From: Trueperaceae bacterium
Lineage (GTDB): Bacteria; Deinococcota; Deinococci; Deinococcales; Trueperaceae
Length of the DNA stretch: 64,000 nucleotides
Direction: 5' to 3'
NCBI GenBank assembly: GCA_965214405.1
Contig: OZ243956.1
Span: 4,384,001 to 4,448,000, forward strand
Below the pieces are notes generated by a model. It ran no database searches and was not told where the DNA came from. It saw nothing but the letters and a program-made list of their open reading frames with translations. This document shows, piece by piece, positions 1 through 8,685 of the stretch (the stretch's first letter is position 1; each line of letters starts with the position of its first letter). The translations under genes were made by a program, and so were the position numbers.

Positions 1-190
1 GCCGCAGCATGATGCGCCCCGCCTCAAACGCCGAATTCTCGGGCGCAAAGCCGGACAGACCCTGAGCGATAACGTCGGCGTTCACAAATTCGGGGGTGGC
101 AAAGGTTTCTTTTAGAAGGACGGGCGCAGCCGTTGACTTGCCCGCGCCGTTCGGCCCGGCGATGACGACGATGCTAGGAGCGTCTGCCAC
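1..190 (-). CDS. Zeta-toxin-like P-loop ATPase/kinase, 5' part (runs off the window edge)
   Basis: Hand translation from GTG at 190: VADAPSIVVIAGPNGAGKSTAAPVLLKETFATPEFVNADVIAQGLSGFAPENSAFEAGRIMLR. Has Walker A GPNGAGKST and the FVNADxIA motif. Not in the ORF track. Confidence 0.85.
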   Translation of the reverse strand, partial: MADAPSIVVIAGPNGAGKSTAAPVLLKETFATPEFVNADVIAQGLSGFAPENSAFEAGRIMLR

Positions 191-204
191 TTATGCCGAC
201 AAGC

Positions 205-591
205 TTACCAAAGCAGCTTTACGCCGTAATCCGCTAGGTCGCCGTCACGACTCAAAAGGGTCAAGTCTTCTGCGAGAGCCTGTGCAACGATAAGCCTGTC
301 GAAAGGGTCGCGGTGGTGGTAGGGCAAGTTTTGAACCGTGTCCAGGTGCTTTGCAGAGATGGAAAGCACTTGCATATCATTACCCATAATTTGCGTCTGA
401 ACGAGGGTCTCGAAAGGTCCGTGGCTGTTCATCTTGCCGATGCTTACTTTGATAGCGATTTCCCAAAGCGAAGCGACACTGAGAAAGCGCCTATTGTCGA
501 GTTCTAAAATGGCTTCCGCGGCGTTCTTACCTAAACGAGCATCATCTTCTATGAACCACAAAAAGGTGTGAGTGTCTAACAGTATCTTCAA
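205..591 (-). CDS. vapC: VapC PIN-domain toxin
   Basis: MKILLDTHTFLW...SVASLWEIAIK...HHRDPFDRLIVAQA; 4-nt overlap with the upstream antitoxin. Confidence 0.95.
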   Translation of the reverse strand: MKILLDTHTFLWFIEDDARLGKNAAEAILELDNRRFLSVASLWEIAIKVSIGKMNSHGPFETLVQTQIMGNDMQVLSISAKHLDTVQNLPYHHRDPFDRLIVAQALAEDLTLLSRDGDLADYGVKLLW

Positions 592-806
592 GGCATGTAG
601 TCCTTGAAATCTTCCAATGGTTCGTCGAAATCGTCCGCCACGTCGGTAAACCAGCCTTTTCCGCTGCCCAAGACCGGGCGCGGTTTCTCAGCCTTTTTGA
701 CTTCCACAAACATTTTTGTCCCATCTTCCAAAGTCACCGCGAAGTCTTTTTCGTTGAGCAGTTCCTCGAGCCGTTCTTTCGCCTCTTTAAGCGGCACCGT
801 CATCAT
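588..806 (-). CDS. Antitoxin (Phd-like N-terminus, DUF2281-like C-terminus)
   Basis: MMTVPLKEAKERLEELL...RPVLGSGKG...DDFDEPLEDFKDYM; GGAGG RBS; coupled to vapC. Confidence 0.85.
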   Translation of the reverse strand: MMTVPLKEAKERLEELLNEKDFAVTLEDGTKMFVEVKKAEKPRPVLGSGKGWFTDVADDFDEPLEDFKDYMP

Positions 807-999
807 GTTTCACCTCCCGTTCGGCGCTGTCTTCCATCATACGAACGATTTGCACGGTTTCCACGCTCACCGTACACACGCGCCTCAACAGGTCAATCAC
901 CTCTTCTTTATAGTCCGCGAACCTGTACGTGTTGAACTTTTCGCGGATGGTCGGGTCTTTGGGCTTTTTCTCCTTGTAGCGGTCTAGCACCCACTCGAG
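787..999 (-). pseudogene. C-terminal remnant of a type ISP-like restriction-modification enzyme
   Basis: LEWVLDRYKEKKPKDPTIREKFNTYRFADYKEEVIDLLRRVCTVSVETVQIV resembles the extreme C-terminus of type ISP enzymes. No N-terminal domains upstream. Confidence 0.7.
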
Positions 1000-1110
1000 C
1001 CGCCATACTGGATATAGTTCTCGACTCTCTTGTGGTACTGGTTGATGAGTTGCAAAGACACAGGGCATGTTACCGCGCTCGAGGGCGTGAGGTTTCTGAC
1101 TTTCTGTGCT

Positions 1111-1548
1111 TTAAGTCCCGACGCCAGCGTCGCTTGCGGGCAGCCCCAAAGCTTTGGCCTCTTTTATGAGTCCTGCGTCGAGGGAATAAATAGCGTCTAC
1201 AGCGTTATTAAACGCGATGGCTAGGTGGAGCGCGTCAGGACCTCGGAGGCTCGAGCCTTCACGCAGAACGAAGTTTGCGGCGAGGCTGTAATCCGCTCTT
1301 GTCGGAACAAACATTAAGAGGGACCCTGCTACCTCCCTTTCAAACGTTTCCAGAACGGTCTCGAGCGCGTTCTGCGTAAGCTCGCCCATCCGTCTTCTAC
1401 GCGAAAGAAGGCTCGCAAACTCCACTTGTACCCACGGACTGATGACAAACTCTCCGGGCGGCGCGGCGGCAAATACGGAAATGACCCGCTCGCTCGTCGC
1501 TTCTTCAAGGTAAAAAGGAACGAGGAAGCTTGTGTCTAGGTAAATCAG
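1111..1548 (-). CDS. vapC: VapC PIN-domain toxin (probable CTG start)
   Basis: The frame of ORF 1111..1425 stays open to CTG at 1548, giving (M)IYLDTSFLVPFY...; C-terminal LRGPDALHLAIA; 4-nt overlap with the antitoxin stop. Confidence 0.85.
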   Translation of the reverse strand: MIYLDTSFLVPFYLEEATSERVISVFAAAPPGEFVISPWVQVEFASLLSRRRRMGELTQNALETVLETFEREVAGSLLMFVPTRADYSLAANFVLREGSSLRGPDALHLAIAFNNAVDAIYSLDAGLIKEAKALGLPASDAGVGT

Positions 1549-1781
1549 TAGCGCGCCTCGTCACGTAAGGCGATGAGGGTGTCGACGCTGCTTGTTTTCG
1601 CCGCGGTTTGACTCTTAAAAAGTTCAGCGCGGGATGCAAAAGGCTTGAACGTTTTCTTTGCCTGAGAGAGCGTGGCAACGGGCTCCCCGCTCCGCGTGAT
1701 GACAATATCTTCGCCCCCCTCAACACGGCTTAAAAGCTCGCTGAGGGTGGTTTCGGCGTTAAGCTCTACGTGGCTGTGCAT
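1545..1781 (-). CDS. Phd/YefM family antitoxin
   Basis: LSELLSRVEGGEDIVITRSGEPVATL; TACAAT 6 nt upstream of ATG. Confidence 0.9.
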   Translation of the reverse strand: MHSHVELNAETTLSELLSRVEGGEDIVITRSGEPVATLSQAKKTFKPFASRAELFKSQTAAKTSSVDTLIALRDEARY

Positions 1782-1827
1782 AAGGCTATTGTAGCAGGCT
1801 CGAGGCTGAAGCTTTAACGTTACCTGC

Positions 1828-2280
1828 TTAACCGCGGCTCAGCCGGTACTTGAGCATCTTGTACTGAAAATACATCTGGCAACCGACGCAGTACCCCGTC
1901 GTCAAGTTGAGGAGCGCGAGCGCGATGACGAGAAGCGTCAGCAAACCGCCGAGGAGCGGCAGCCCGGCGAGATAGCCCAGTGTGGCGAGCGTTAAAAACA
2001 CACCCCCGACGCCTTGGGCAAAAAGGTGGGCGCGCGGGTCATCGGCCACGAGGTTCCTTTTAAGCCCCAGGAGCGGGCGGAGGACGTGGGTAAAAAACCG
2101 CTTGAAAATCGCAGCTTGTGGAACGAACGTCCCGACAAGCATCACGGCGGCGGTCGAGGCGACGAGCCAGGGCGTGCCGAGGAGCAAGCCGAGGGTGCAC
2201 AAGACGACGATGCAGGCTTGGTTGAACTCGAGCGCGGCGGGGTCGGTCATCATTTTTGGTGAGGTTTTTGGGAAATTCAT
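1828..2280 (-). CDS. DUF4395-family membrane protein
   Basis: Hydrophobic; DP..LEFNQ, PRAHLFAQGVG and NLTTGYCVGCQMY motifs. Start placed at ATG 2280, behind TATGCT. Confidence 0.75.
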   Translation of the reverse strand: MNFPKTSPKMMTDPAALEFNQACIVVLCTLGLLLGTPWLVASTAAVMLVGTFVPQAAIFKRFFTHVLRPLLGLKRNLVADDPRAHLFAQGVGGVFLTLATLGYLAGLPLLGGLLTLLVIALALLNLTTGYCVGCQMYFQYKMLKYRLSRG

Positions 2281-2355
2281 GCCCATAAGCATAAGTAGTT
2301 TACAAAACCTATCAAGTATTGTGCTATACATGTGGGACGCCTTGCGAATACAGCC

Positions 2356-2823
2356 TCAGAACCCCGGCTTCAGCAGGTGCTCAAGACAGGGCTCATACGT
2401 CACGCCTTGCTCGAAGTCCGCCGCCAAATCGGCGACGGTCACTTCGCCCAACGCCGTGAGCAGCGCGTCCCGAACCCGCTGCCAGACCGCTACGCGGGCG
2501 TGACAGCGGTCCTCTTCGCGGCAGGACTCGTGCCACAAGAGGCTGATACAGCTTAGCGGGGCCACGGGGCCGTCGATGGCGCGCATCACGTCGCGCAGAG
2601 TGATGTCACCCGGCGCTTGTGAAAGCGCGTAGCCTCCGCCCGTCCCTTTTTTCGATGTGACCACGCCTGTAGAGGATAAAGCCGCGAGGATGCGCACCAG
2701 ATAAGGTCGCGCCACCCCGGTCGCCTCGCTGATTTCGTCCGAGCTGGCCCAGCGTGTGAGAGGCTGCGTGCCCAGATACCCTAACGCTTGAAAGGCGTAG
2801 ATGTCAGTGGTGGAGAGGCGCAT
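2356..2823 (-). CDS. Rrf2 family transcriptional regulator
   Basis: YLVRILAAL...[14 protein letters not shown]...[12 protein letters not shown]; Cys/His cluster C-x8-C-x5-CH. Confidence 0.9.
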   Translation of the reverse strand: MRLSTTDIYAFQALGYLGTQPLTRWASSDEISEATGVARPYLVRILAALSSTGVVTSKKGTGGGYALSQAPGDITLRDVMRAIDGPVAPLSCISLLWHESCREEDRCHARVAVWQRVRDALLTALGEVTVADLAADFEQGVTYEPCLEHLLKPGF

Positions 2824-2850
2824 TTGTTAAAAGTATAGCAGGTGCCTAGA

Positions 2851-3429
2851 CTACTTTTTCGCGCAGATGATTAAACCCGTAGACCAGTTTAGTTTGGTGA
2901 TGTGGAGGTCTTGGCGGCGCTCGAGCCTGCCAATCAGTTCCGGCACCTTTTTCGGCATGTCCGGCCCCCAACCGGGCACCGGCAGCATGTCGTCAATCAC
3001 GTAGAGGCCGCCCCGTTTGACGAGCGCCAGCGTTTCGTCCAGCAGGTCCTGCTTGCCCACCCAGGTATCGGCAAAGATGAAATTAAACGACGCGCTTTCG
3101 GCCTCGAGAATGACCCTTTTGGCGTCCTCATGACGAAACGCAACCCGCGCGTCCCCCTGCAAATGTTCCCTGGCTACGTCCTGCCGCTGACCGTCAACTT
3201 CGACCGTGAGAAGACGCGCGCCCTCATCCATGCCGTCCAAAAGCCATGCGGTAGATGCGCCCGTACCCGTGCCGATTTCTAAAAAGCGCCCGCCGGGTTG
3301 CGAGGCCGCGAGCGTGCGGAGCAGCGCGCCCGTTAGAGTGTCGCAGGAGAGAGTGAAGCCGAGGGTTGCCGAAGCGGCCAGGATGCCCTCGAGCGCTGCG
3401 GGGGTCTGAATGTTGCTGGTGTCGTTCAT
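2851..3429 (-). CDS. Class I SAM-dependent O-methyltransferase-like protein
   Basis: LEIGTGTGAS motif I, FIFAD, GGLYVIDD. Confidence 0.85.
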   Translation of the reverse strand: MNDTSNIQTPAALEGILAASATLGFTLSCDTLTGALLRTLAASQPGGRFLEIGTGTGASTAWLLDGMDEGARLLTVEVDGQRQDVAREHLQGDARVAFRHEDAKRVILEAESASFNFIFADTWVGKQDLLDETLALVKRGGLYVIDDMLPVPGWGPDMPKKVPELIGRLERRQDLHITKLNWSTGLIICAKK

Positions 3430-3435
3430 TTTAGA

Positions 3436-3591
3436 TTAGTCGTCGCGCGTGTCGTCCCTTGGTCTGCCGCCCAAGTTCTTTTTCGCGGAACGTTTGGAGC
3501 GCATCCCGAAAATCCGAAGACCGAACAAAATCACGAGCACAACGGCGGCGATGATGACGAATTCCCATAGACCAACAGGACCCAGGCGCAT
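3436..3591 (-). CDS. 51-aa single-TM protein with TatA/E-like N-terminus
   Basis: MRLGPVGLWEFVIIAAVVLVILFGLRIFGMRSKRSAKKNLGGRPRDDTRDD; TAGCAT 5 nt before ATG; below the ORF-track size cut-off. Confidence 0.6.
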   Translation of the reverse strand: MRLGPVGLWEFVIIAAVVLVILFGLRIFGMRSKRSAKKNLGGRPRDDTRDD

Positions 3592-3666
3592 GAGGAATGC
3601 TATCACACTGCCCCTACCATAAGGGTCGACTTTTCCCGACGTTCTACCGTGTTAGGCTCTTAACAA

Positions 3667-4806
3667 ATGCTAAACCGTCGTTCTTTAGAAGCCGAAGTCG
3701 TTTACAACGGGATGGGCACGCCGCGGGCCGACGGAGCCGTGGTGGTACAGGGCGAGGGCGACGAGGCGGTCATCGTGGCGGTAGACGAGCGGGCGCGGGC
3801 GCGGCAAAACTTTCCAGATGCCGAAGTCGTGGAGGCTGGGTTTGCCCTCTCGCCGCCGCCGGTCAACGCGCACACGCATTTGGATCTGTCGCAAATGACG
3901 TTTGAAAAGGGTTCTTATGAAGGTTTTATACGCCGCGTCATCGCGCACAAGGGAGCGTGGCAGGGGGGGCTCGAGGCCGCCCGCGCGGGCGTGGCCGAGC
4001 TGCGTGCGGACGGCGTGAACGTGGTTGGCGACATCGTGACGCAAGAGCGCGTCATGGAATATCTTTTGACCGAGCCGACGTTGCAGGGCGTGGCCTATTG
4101 GGAGGTTATCGGCCCCGACCCGGAGGACGCCGAGCGGATTTTTGAGGAGACGGTGGATACGTTGCGCCGATTTCGCGCCTGGGAAAGACCAGGCGGAGTC
4201 AAACTCGGCCTCTCGCCCCACACGCCCCACACGGTGAGCGCGCCTCTTTTGCAGAGGCTGACAAAACTCGCCACCGCTTCTCACCTGCCCCTACAAATCC
4301 ACGTCGCGGAGAGCGCGGGCGAGGTCGCCATGCACCAAGGCGGGTCGGGACCGCTCATGGAGATGATGCGCGGGTTTTTTCCCCACTGGAGGCCGTCGGG
4401 GGAGAGTCCGGTGGGATATTTGGAGAGTCTGGGCGTGCTCGAGGCCCGCCCCACCCTGATTCACATGGTTCACGTCACCGAGGAGGACGTGCGCGCGGTT
4501 GCTCGAGCGGGCTGCGTGGCGGTGCATTGCCCCCGCTCAAACGAGGCGCTGGGCTGCGGGCGTTTTCCCTGGGAGCTGTATATGAAGCACGGGGTCGAGG
4601 TGGGCTTCGGGACGGACTCGAGGGGCTCGAGTCCCGACTTGTCCATCCACGAGGAAGTGGCGGCGGCGCGCGCCTTGCACGGCGACCGCGCGAGCCCGCT
4701 CGCGCTCGTGCGGGGTGCGGTCAAGGGGGGGTACAAGGCGCTTCAGATGACGCCGCCCCGCTTTGCGCGTGGCGACGCCGCGGCGGGACTTCACATTTGG
4801 CGCTAA
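3667..4806 (+). CDS. Metal-dependent amidohydrolase (possibly aminodeoxyfutalosine deaminase-like)
   Basis: VNAHTHLDLS, SPHTPHT, IHVAES, HCPRSN and FGTDS motifs. Substrate is inferred. Confidence 0.8.
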   Translation: MLNRRSLEAEVVYNGMGTPRADGAVVVQGEGDEAVIVAVDERARARQNFPDAEVVEAGFALSPPPVNAHTHLDLSQMTFEKGSYEGFIRRVIAHKGAWQGGLEAARAGVAELRADGVNVVGDIVTQERVMEYLLTEPTLQGVAYWEVIGPDPEDAERIFEETVDTLRRFRAWERPGGVKLGLSPHTPHTVSAPLLQRLTKLATASHLPLQIHVAESAGEVAMHQGGSGPLMEMMRGFFPHWRPSGESPVGYLESLGVLEARPTLIHMVHVTEEDVRAVARAGCVAVHCPRSNEALGCGRFPWELYMKHGVEVGFGTDSRGSSPDLSIHEEVAAARALHGDRASPLALVRGAVKGGYKALQMTPPRFARGDAAAGLHIWR

Positions 4807-4989
4807 GTTCTGCGTCAACTTAAGGTGTTAGGCTTACGCGCCGCTTTTGCGGACGAGAGGCTAGTACAGCCATTGCCGCGTGGCCTGCATAAGGCTGACG
4901 CGCCGCCCTCTTTGCCGGAGGCGCATCCCTCACTGCGTCTACCCTTGGCAAAGGCGTATGCTTTCACTGCGTAAAGTGAGGATGCAAGC

Positions 4990-5823
4990 ATGGACATAGG
5001 ACTCGTACTCAGCGGCGGCGGCGCGCGCTGCTTCGCGCATATCGGCGTTTTGAAAGCCTTGGAAGAGCAGGACGTGAGGGTCGTGGCCGTGGCCGCCTGC
5101 TCGACGGCGGCCTTTATCGGGGCGCTCTTTTGCGGGGGGTGCCGCGCGGAAGAGGTCGAAGACATTATCAGAAACTTGTCGGCAACGGAGCTTGTCGATT
5201 TAGACAGCGGGAGCGGGCTCATGGAGCAGCACGAGATTGAACGGGCGTTGGGGCCCCACCTGCCCGCCACCTTTGAGGCGCTAAAAATCCCTTTAATTGT
5301 GAACGCGACCGACATCCAGCGCGGCGAGCTGGTCACCTTTAGCCGGGGCGCGCTGCTCCGGGCGCTAAGCGCGAGCAACGCCTTCCCGGGTGTTTTTAGC
5401 CCTGTGAAGTTAGGGGGCCGCGACTTGTCCGACGGGGGTATCCTGAGCAATTTGCCCGTCGACCTCATCGTGACCATGACGAACGCGCCTGTGTTGGCCG
5501 TCGACGTGAGCCCGTCGCCGCGGGAGAGGCTCGAGCTGCCCGAAGATGAGAGCGGGCTCAAACGGTTTGTCCTCTCCCTCACGGGTCAGGCCGCCTTGCC
5601 CGTGGCGCTCCTGCGTAAAAGCTACACCATTTCCCAGTCGCGGCTCATCGACCTGCAAGTCGCCATGCACCCGCCCGACGGCCTCCTGCGCCCTGACTTT
5701 CCCGAGGGGCTGGGCATTTTCTCGTTTAGCCGCTTTGACGAGGCGGTCGAGCTGGGTTATCGGGAGACACTTCGTTACCTAGAGCAGCACCGTGATGACC
5801 TCAGTGACGACCTCGAGGCGTAG
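4990..5823 (+). CDS. Patatin-like phospholipase family protein
   Basis: LSGGGARCFAHIG, ACSTA (divergent GxSxG), SDGG. Confidence 0.85.
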   Translation: MDIGLVLSGGGARCFAHIGVLKALEEQDVRVVAVAACSTAAFIGALFCGGCRAEEVEDIIRNLSATELVDLDSGSGLMEQHEIERALGPHLPATFEALKIPLIVNATDIQRGELVTFSRGALLRALSASNAFPGVFSPVKLGGRDLSDGGILSNLPVDLIVTMTNAPVLAVDVSPSPRERLELPEDESGLKRFVLSLTGQAALPVALLRKSYTISQSRLIDLQVAMHPPDGLLRPDFPEGLGIFSFSRFDEAVELGYRETLRYLEQHRDDLSDDLEA

Positions 5824-6661
5824 CGCGGAGGGTCGTTTTTTACAGGTTGACGGCCTCCGCACGCACGTTCTCACGGCGGGGGAGGGCGCGCCGCTCGTGC
5901 TCCTCCACGGCTCGGCGCTCGACTCAGGTCGCCTGACCTACGGCGGGAGCGTCGCGGCCTTGAGCGCGCGCTACCGCGTCATCGCCCCCGACTGGCCCGG
6001 TTACGGACGTTCGGAAGGGCCGGAGGAGCCCGCAACGACAGGGTTTTACATCGACTTTTTGGCGCGTCTGGTGGACGCGCTGGGATTAGAGTCTTTTTAT
6101 CTCGGGGGGTTTTCGATGGGCGGCGGCGTGGCGCTGGGTTACGCGTTGGAGCACAAGGAGCGCGTCCGTAAGCTCGTGCTCATCGACGCTTACGGCTTAG
6201 ACGGCAGGATCCAGATACCCTTTTTGCCCTACCTCGCGCTCCGCACGCCGCAGCTTTCAAGGCTCACCTGGGCCGCGCTGCGCCGCTCGCCCCGCGCGCT
6301 CCGCTTGTTCCTCAGAATCCTTGCGTTCAGGCAGCGTAAGGCGGTGACCGAGGAGGTTTTGGAGGAGGTAATCAAGCAGTTGCGTATCCCCAACACCGAG
6401 CGCGCCTTTATGGGCTGGTTGCGCGGCGAACTGCGCTTAACCGCGCTAACGACGAACTATCTTGGAAGGCTCGAGACCCTCACCCCCCCCACGCTCCTCA
6501 TCCACGGCGACCGCGATTTGGTGGTGCCCGTGTCACGCGCCAAACGCGCCGCCAAACGCATTCCCGACGCGACGTTGAAAATCCTCCCCGCGGGTCACTG
6601 GACGCCCAGGGAGGCGCGGGAGGCGTTTAACGAGGCGGTGCTCGAGTTTTTAGCTTCTTAA
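5792..6661 (+). CDS. Alpha/beta hydrolase
   Basis: LLHG, PDWPGYGRS, GFSMGG, HGDRD, AGHW. Confidence 0.9.
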   Translation: MMTSVTTSRRSAEGRFLQVDGLRTHVLTAGEGAPLVLLHGSALDSGRLTYGGSVAALSARYRVIAPDWPGYGRSEGPEEPATTGFYIDFLARLVDALGLESFYLGGFSMGGGVALGYALEHKERVRKLVLIDAYGLDGRIQIPFLPYLALRTPQLSRLTWAALRRSPRALRLFLRILAFRQRKAVTEEVLEEVIKQLRIPNTERAFMGWLRGELRLTALTTNYLGRLETLTPPTLLIHGDRDLVVPVSRAKRAAKRIPDATLKILPAGHWTPREAREAFNEAVLEFLAS

Positions 6662-7498
6662 CCCTTTCAACCGCTCCAACCCCGCTGCGCCAACCGTCTC
6701 GGACGCCATACGCGGAAAGCCCCGCGGCCAGCCGTGCTCGTCCGAGCCGCCGGTAACGGGCAGGTCTAAAGCCTCCGCCAATGCCAAAAAATGCGCCCGC
6801 ATCGTCTCGTCTAAGCGGTGATGATAGACCTCGACGGCGTCCAGCCCCAGCTCGAGAAGCTCCGCCACGCTCTCCCGCCCGATGACTTCACCCTCCCTTT
6901 TAAGAATCGACGGATGCGCGAGCACCGCCACGCCGCCCGCCGCGTGGATGACGTTGATTACCTCGTCAATGTGAAAGCGGAACCGGCCCGTGTCCTGCCA
7001 GGCTTGGTCAAGAAGTTCTATGGCGTCGTCTCTCGACAACCCATGCTTGTGGTGTAGAGCCTGAATAAGCTGCACAAAGCCCGAATAACGCGGATTCTCC
7101 GCGCGCACCTCGTCCAACGTGAGGGGAGAGCCCAGCGCGTCCAGATTCTCGAGACACTTCAGAACGCGGTTGTGAAGGTCCCCCAACGCCTCCTCTTCAA
7201 ACTTCTTTAGTTCCGGGGTATCCAAATCTAAGAAATACCCGAGCACATCCACGTCGGGTCCGTCGCCGTGTCCCGTGTGGCCCCGCCAGTAGCAGGAAAA
7301 TTCCATCCCTGGTATGAGTGTAAGTCCTAGCGCCGCCGCGGTGGTCGCGCCTTCACGCGCGCCCCGCGCGTTGTCGTGGTCGGTAATCGCCACGCCCGCT
7401 AGGCCGAGGTGTGAGGCGTGCTCGAGCAGCTCCCTGGGCGAGGCCCGCCCGTCCGAATAATAGGTGTGCATGTGCAGGTCGTAACGCTTTTCGTTCAT
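6650..7498 (-). CDS. PHP-domain phosphoesterase
   Basis: DLHMHTYYSDG, ITDHD, LAHP, GGSDEHG. Confidence 0.9.
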   Translation of the reverse strand: MNEKRYDLHMHTYYSDGRASPRELLEHASHLGLAGVAITDHDNARGAREGATTAAALGLTLIPGMEFSCYWRGHTGHGDGPDVDVLGYFLDLDTPELKKFEEEALGDLHNRVLKCLENLDALGSPLTLDEVRAENPRYSGFVQLIQALHHKHGLSRDDAIELLDQAWQDTGRFRFHIDEVINVIHAAGGVAVLAHPSILKREGEVIGRESVAELLELGLDAVEVYHHRLDETMRAHFLALAEALDLPVTGGSDEHGWPRGFPRMASETVGAAGLERLKGLRS

Positions 7499-7566
7499 GC
7501 GTTTCCCAAGTGAGGTGCATCAGTTGTGGGTGCTGTAGGCGAGTGAACGTTCATTAAGTCAGCCTA

Positions 7567-8064
7567 TCATCCGCGTTCAGCCGCTCGAGCCTCCCTCTCG
7601 AGCCCTATCCCCCAGTACGCCTTGAACAGGTCGCGGTGCGTGATGAGGCCTCCCAGCCACTGCCACACGTAAAGCAGCCAAAATCCAAAACTCGTGTAAC
7701 GTCGGTACTGCGCGACGTGCGCTGCCTCGTGTGCCCCCAACCGAGCTGTGCGGCAGCCTTTCACCACCAGCACCACCTCGCCCCAGGTCTGCGCGGCGGC
7801 TCTGAAACCCAAAGCCGGGAGGCGGGAAACCTCGAGCAGCGTGTAGGGTTGAGACGTTTCCAAAGCCCGCGCCCCAAGAAAAAAGCCGAGGGCGCGGCCT
7901 GTTAGCGAGGCCAGAAAAGGGCGGCGGGTGAAGCGTTCGTAGAGTGTCGCCAAGAGGACAAGAATGAGCGCGCCTCCGGTCACGGCTAAAAGAACTCGGG
8001 GCGGGTACACATCTTCGTCAAAAGCAGCTTCGTTCGTTGGCAAGGTTGGCGTGTAAAGTAACAT
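7567..8064 (-). CDS. Membrane-anchored HExxH (zincin/DUF4157-like) protein
   Basis: AAQTWGEVV, AHEAAHVAQY, AYWGIGLEREA. Start uncertain. Confidence 0.55.
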   Translation of the reverse strand: MLLYTPTLPTNEAAFDEDVYPPRVLLAVTGGALILVLLATLYERFTRRPFLASLTGRALGFFLGARALETSQPYTLLEVSRLPALGFRAAAQTWGEVVLVVKGCRTARLGAHEAAHVAQYRRYTSFGFWLLYVWQWLGGLITHRDLFKAYWGIGLEREARAAERG

Positions 8065-8329
8065 AGGACTTCCAATAGTCAACGTCGTTATTCTTCCGAA
8101 TGTCCTTATTCACCTCTTGTTGATGGTCAAAGTAGTAGCTTAACGCAACGTGCGCCTGTGCCAAGGTGACGCCCGCAAGACTCATGACGATTTCGTCCAC
8201 CGACAATCCCATCTGATAGTAGCCCGCGACGGCGCGAACCGGGACGCGCGTGCCCTCAATAACGGGAACACCGCGGAGGATGTTCGGGTTCGTCGTGATG
8301 TGGGGGTAAGTGGTTTTGGGAACTGCCAT
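8018..8329 (-). CDS. DUF433 family (antitoxin-like) protein
   Basis: HITTNPNILRGVPVIEGTRVPV...ALSYYFDHQQE; TATAAT 6 nt before ATG. Confidence 0.85.
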   Translation of the reverse strand: MAVPKTTYPHITTNPNILRGVPVIEGTRVPVRAVAGYYQMGLSVDEIVMSLAGVTLAQAHVALSYYFDHQQEVNKDIRKNNDVDYWKSYVTLHANLANERSCF

Positions 8330-8367
8330 GAACCAATTATAGAGGCTGAGGCTCCCTTAAGGGTTCC

Positions 8368-8685
8368 CTACGGCGCGTAGTTCAGCTTGGCCCACCCCTC
8401 GAGGTCGTCCATCAGTTGATGGCTGGCGAGGTTTAGGGGAATGTTGGACGGCTTACGCCCCACCTCCCGCTCGTACACTTCAGCGAGATGCGCCTTGACA
8501 ATCTTTCGGTACGCTTCGGGCGTCAGGGTTTCTCCCTCGTCGGGATTAGCCCAGCGCGCCTCGAAGCCGCCGCGTTGGGACAGCTCGAGCCCCGCCCGCT
8601 CGAGCGTCACCACCACCCGCCCCAGTGGTAGTTCGACTGTGTGTTCATTAACAGGGTGTTCATTAACAGGGTGTTCAAGCGCCAC
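8368..8685 (-). CDS. Hypothetical protein
   Basis: Open frame overlapping the stop of the upstream dehydrogenase. N-terminus contains a 15-bp tandem repeat (EHPVN x2). Confidence 0.6.
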   Translation of the reverse strand: MALEHPVNEHPVNEHTVELPLGRVVVTLERAGLELSQRGGFEARWANPDEGETLTPEAYRKIVKAHLAEVYEREVGRKPSNIPLNLASHQLMDDLEGWAKLNYAP

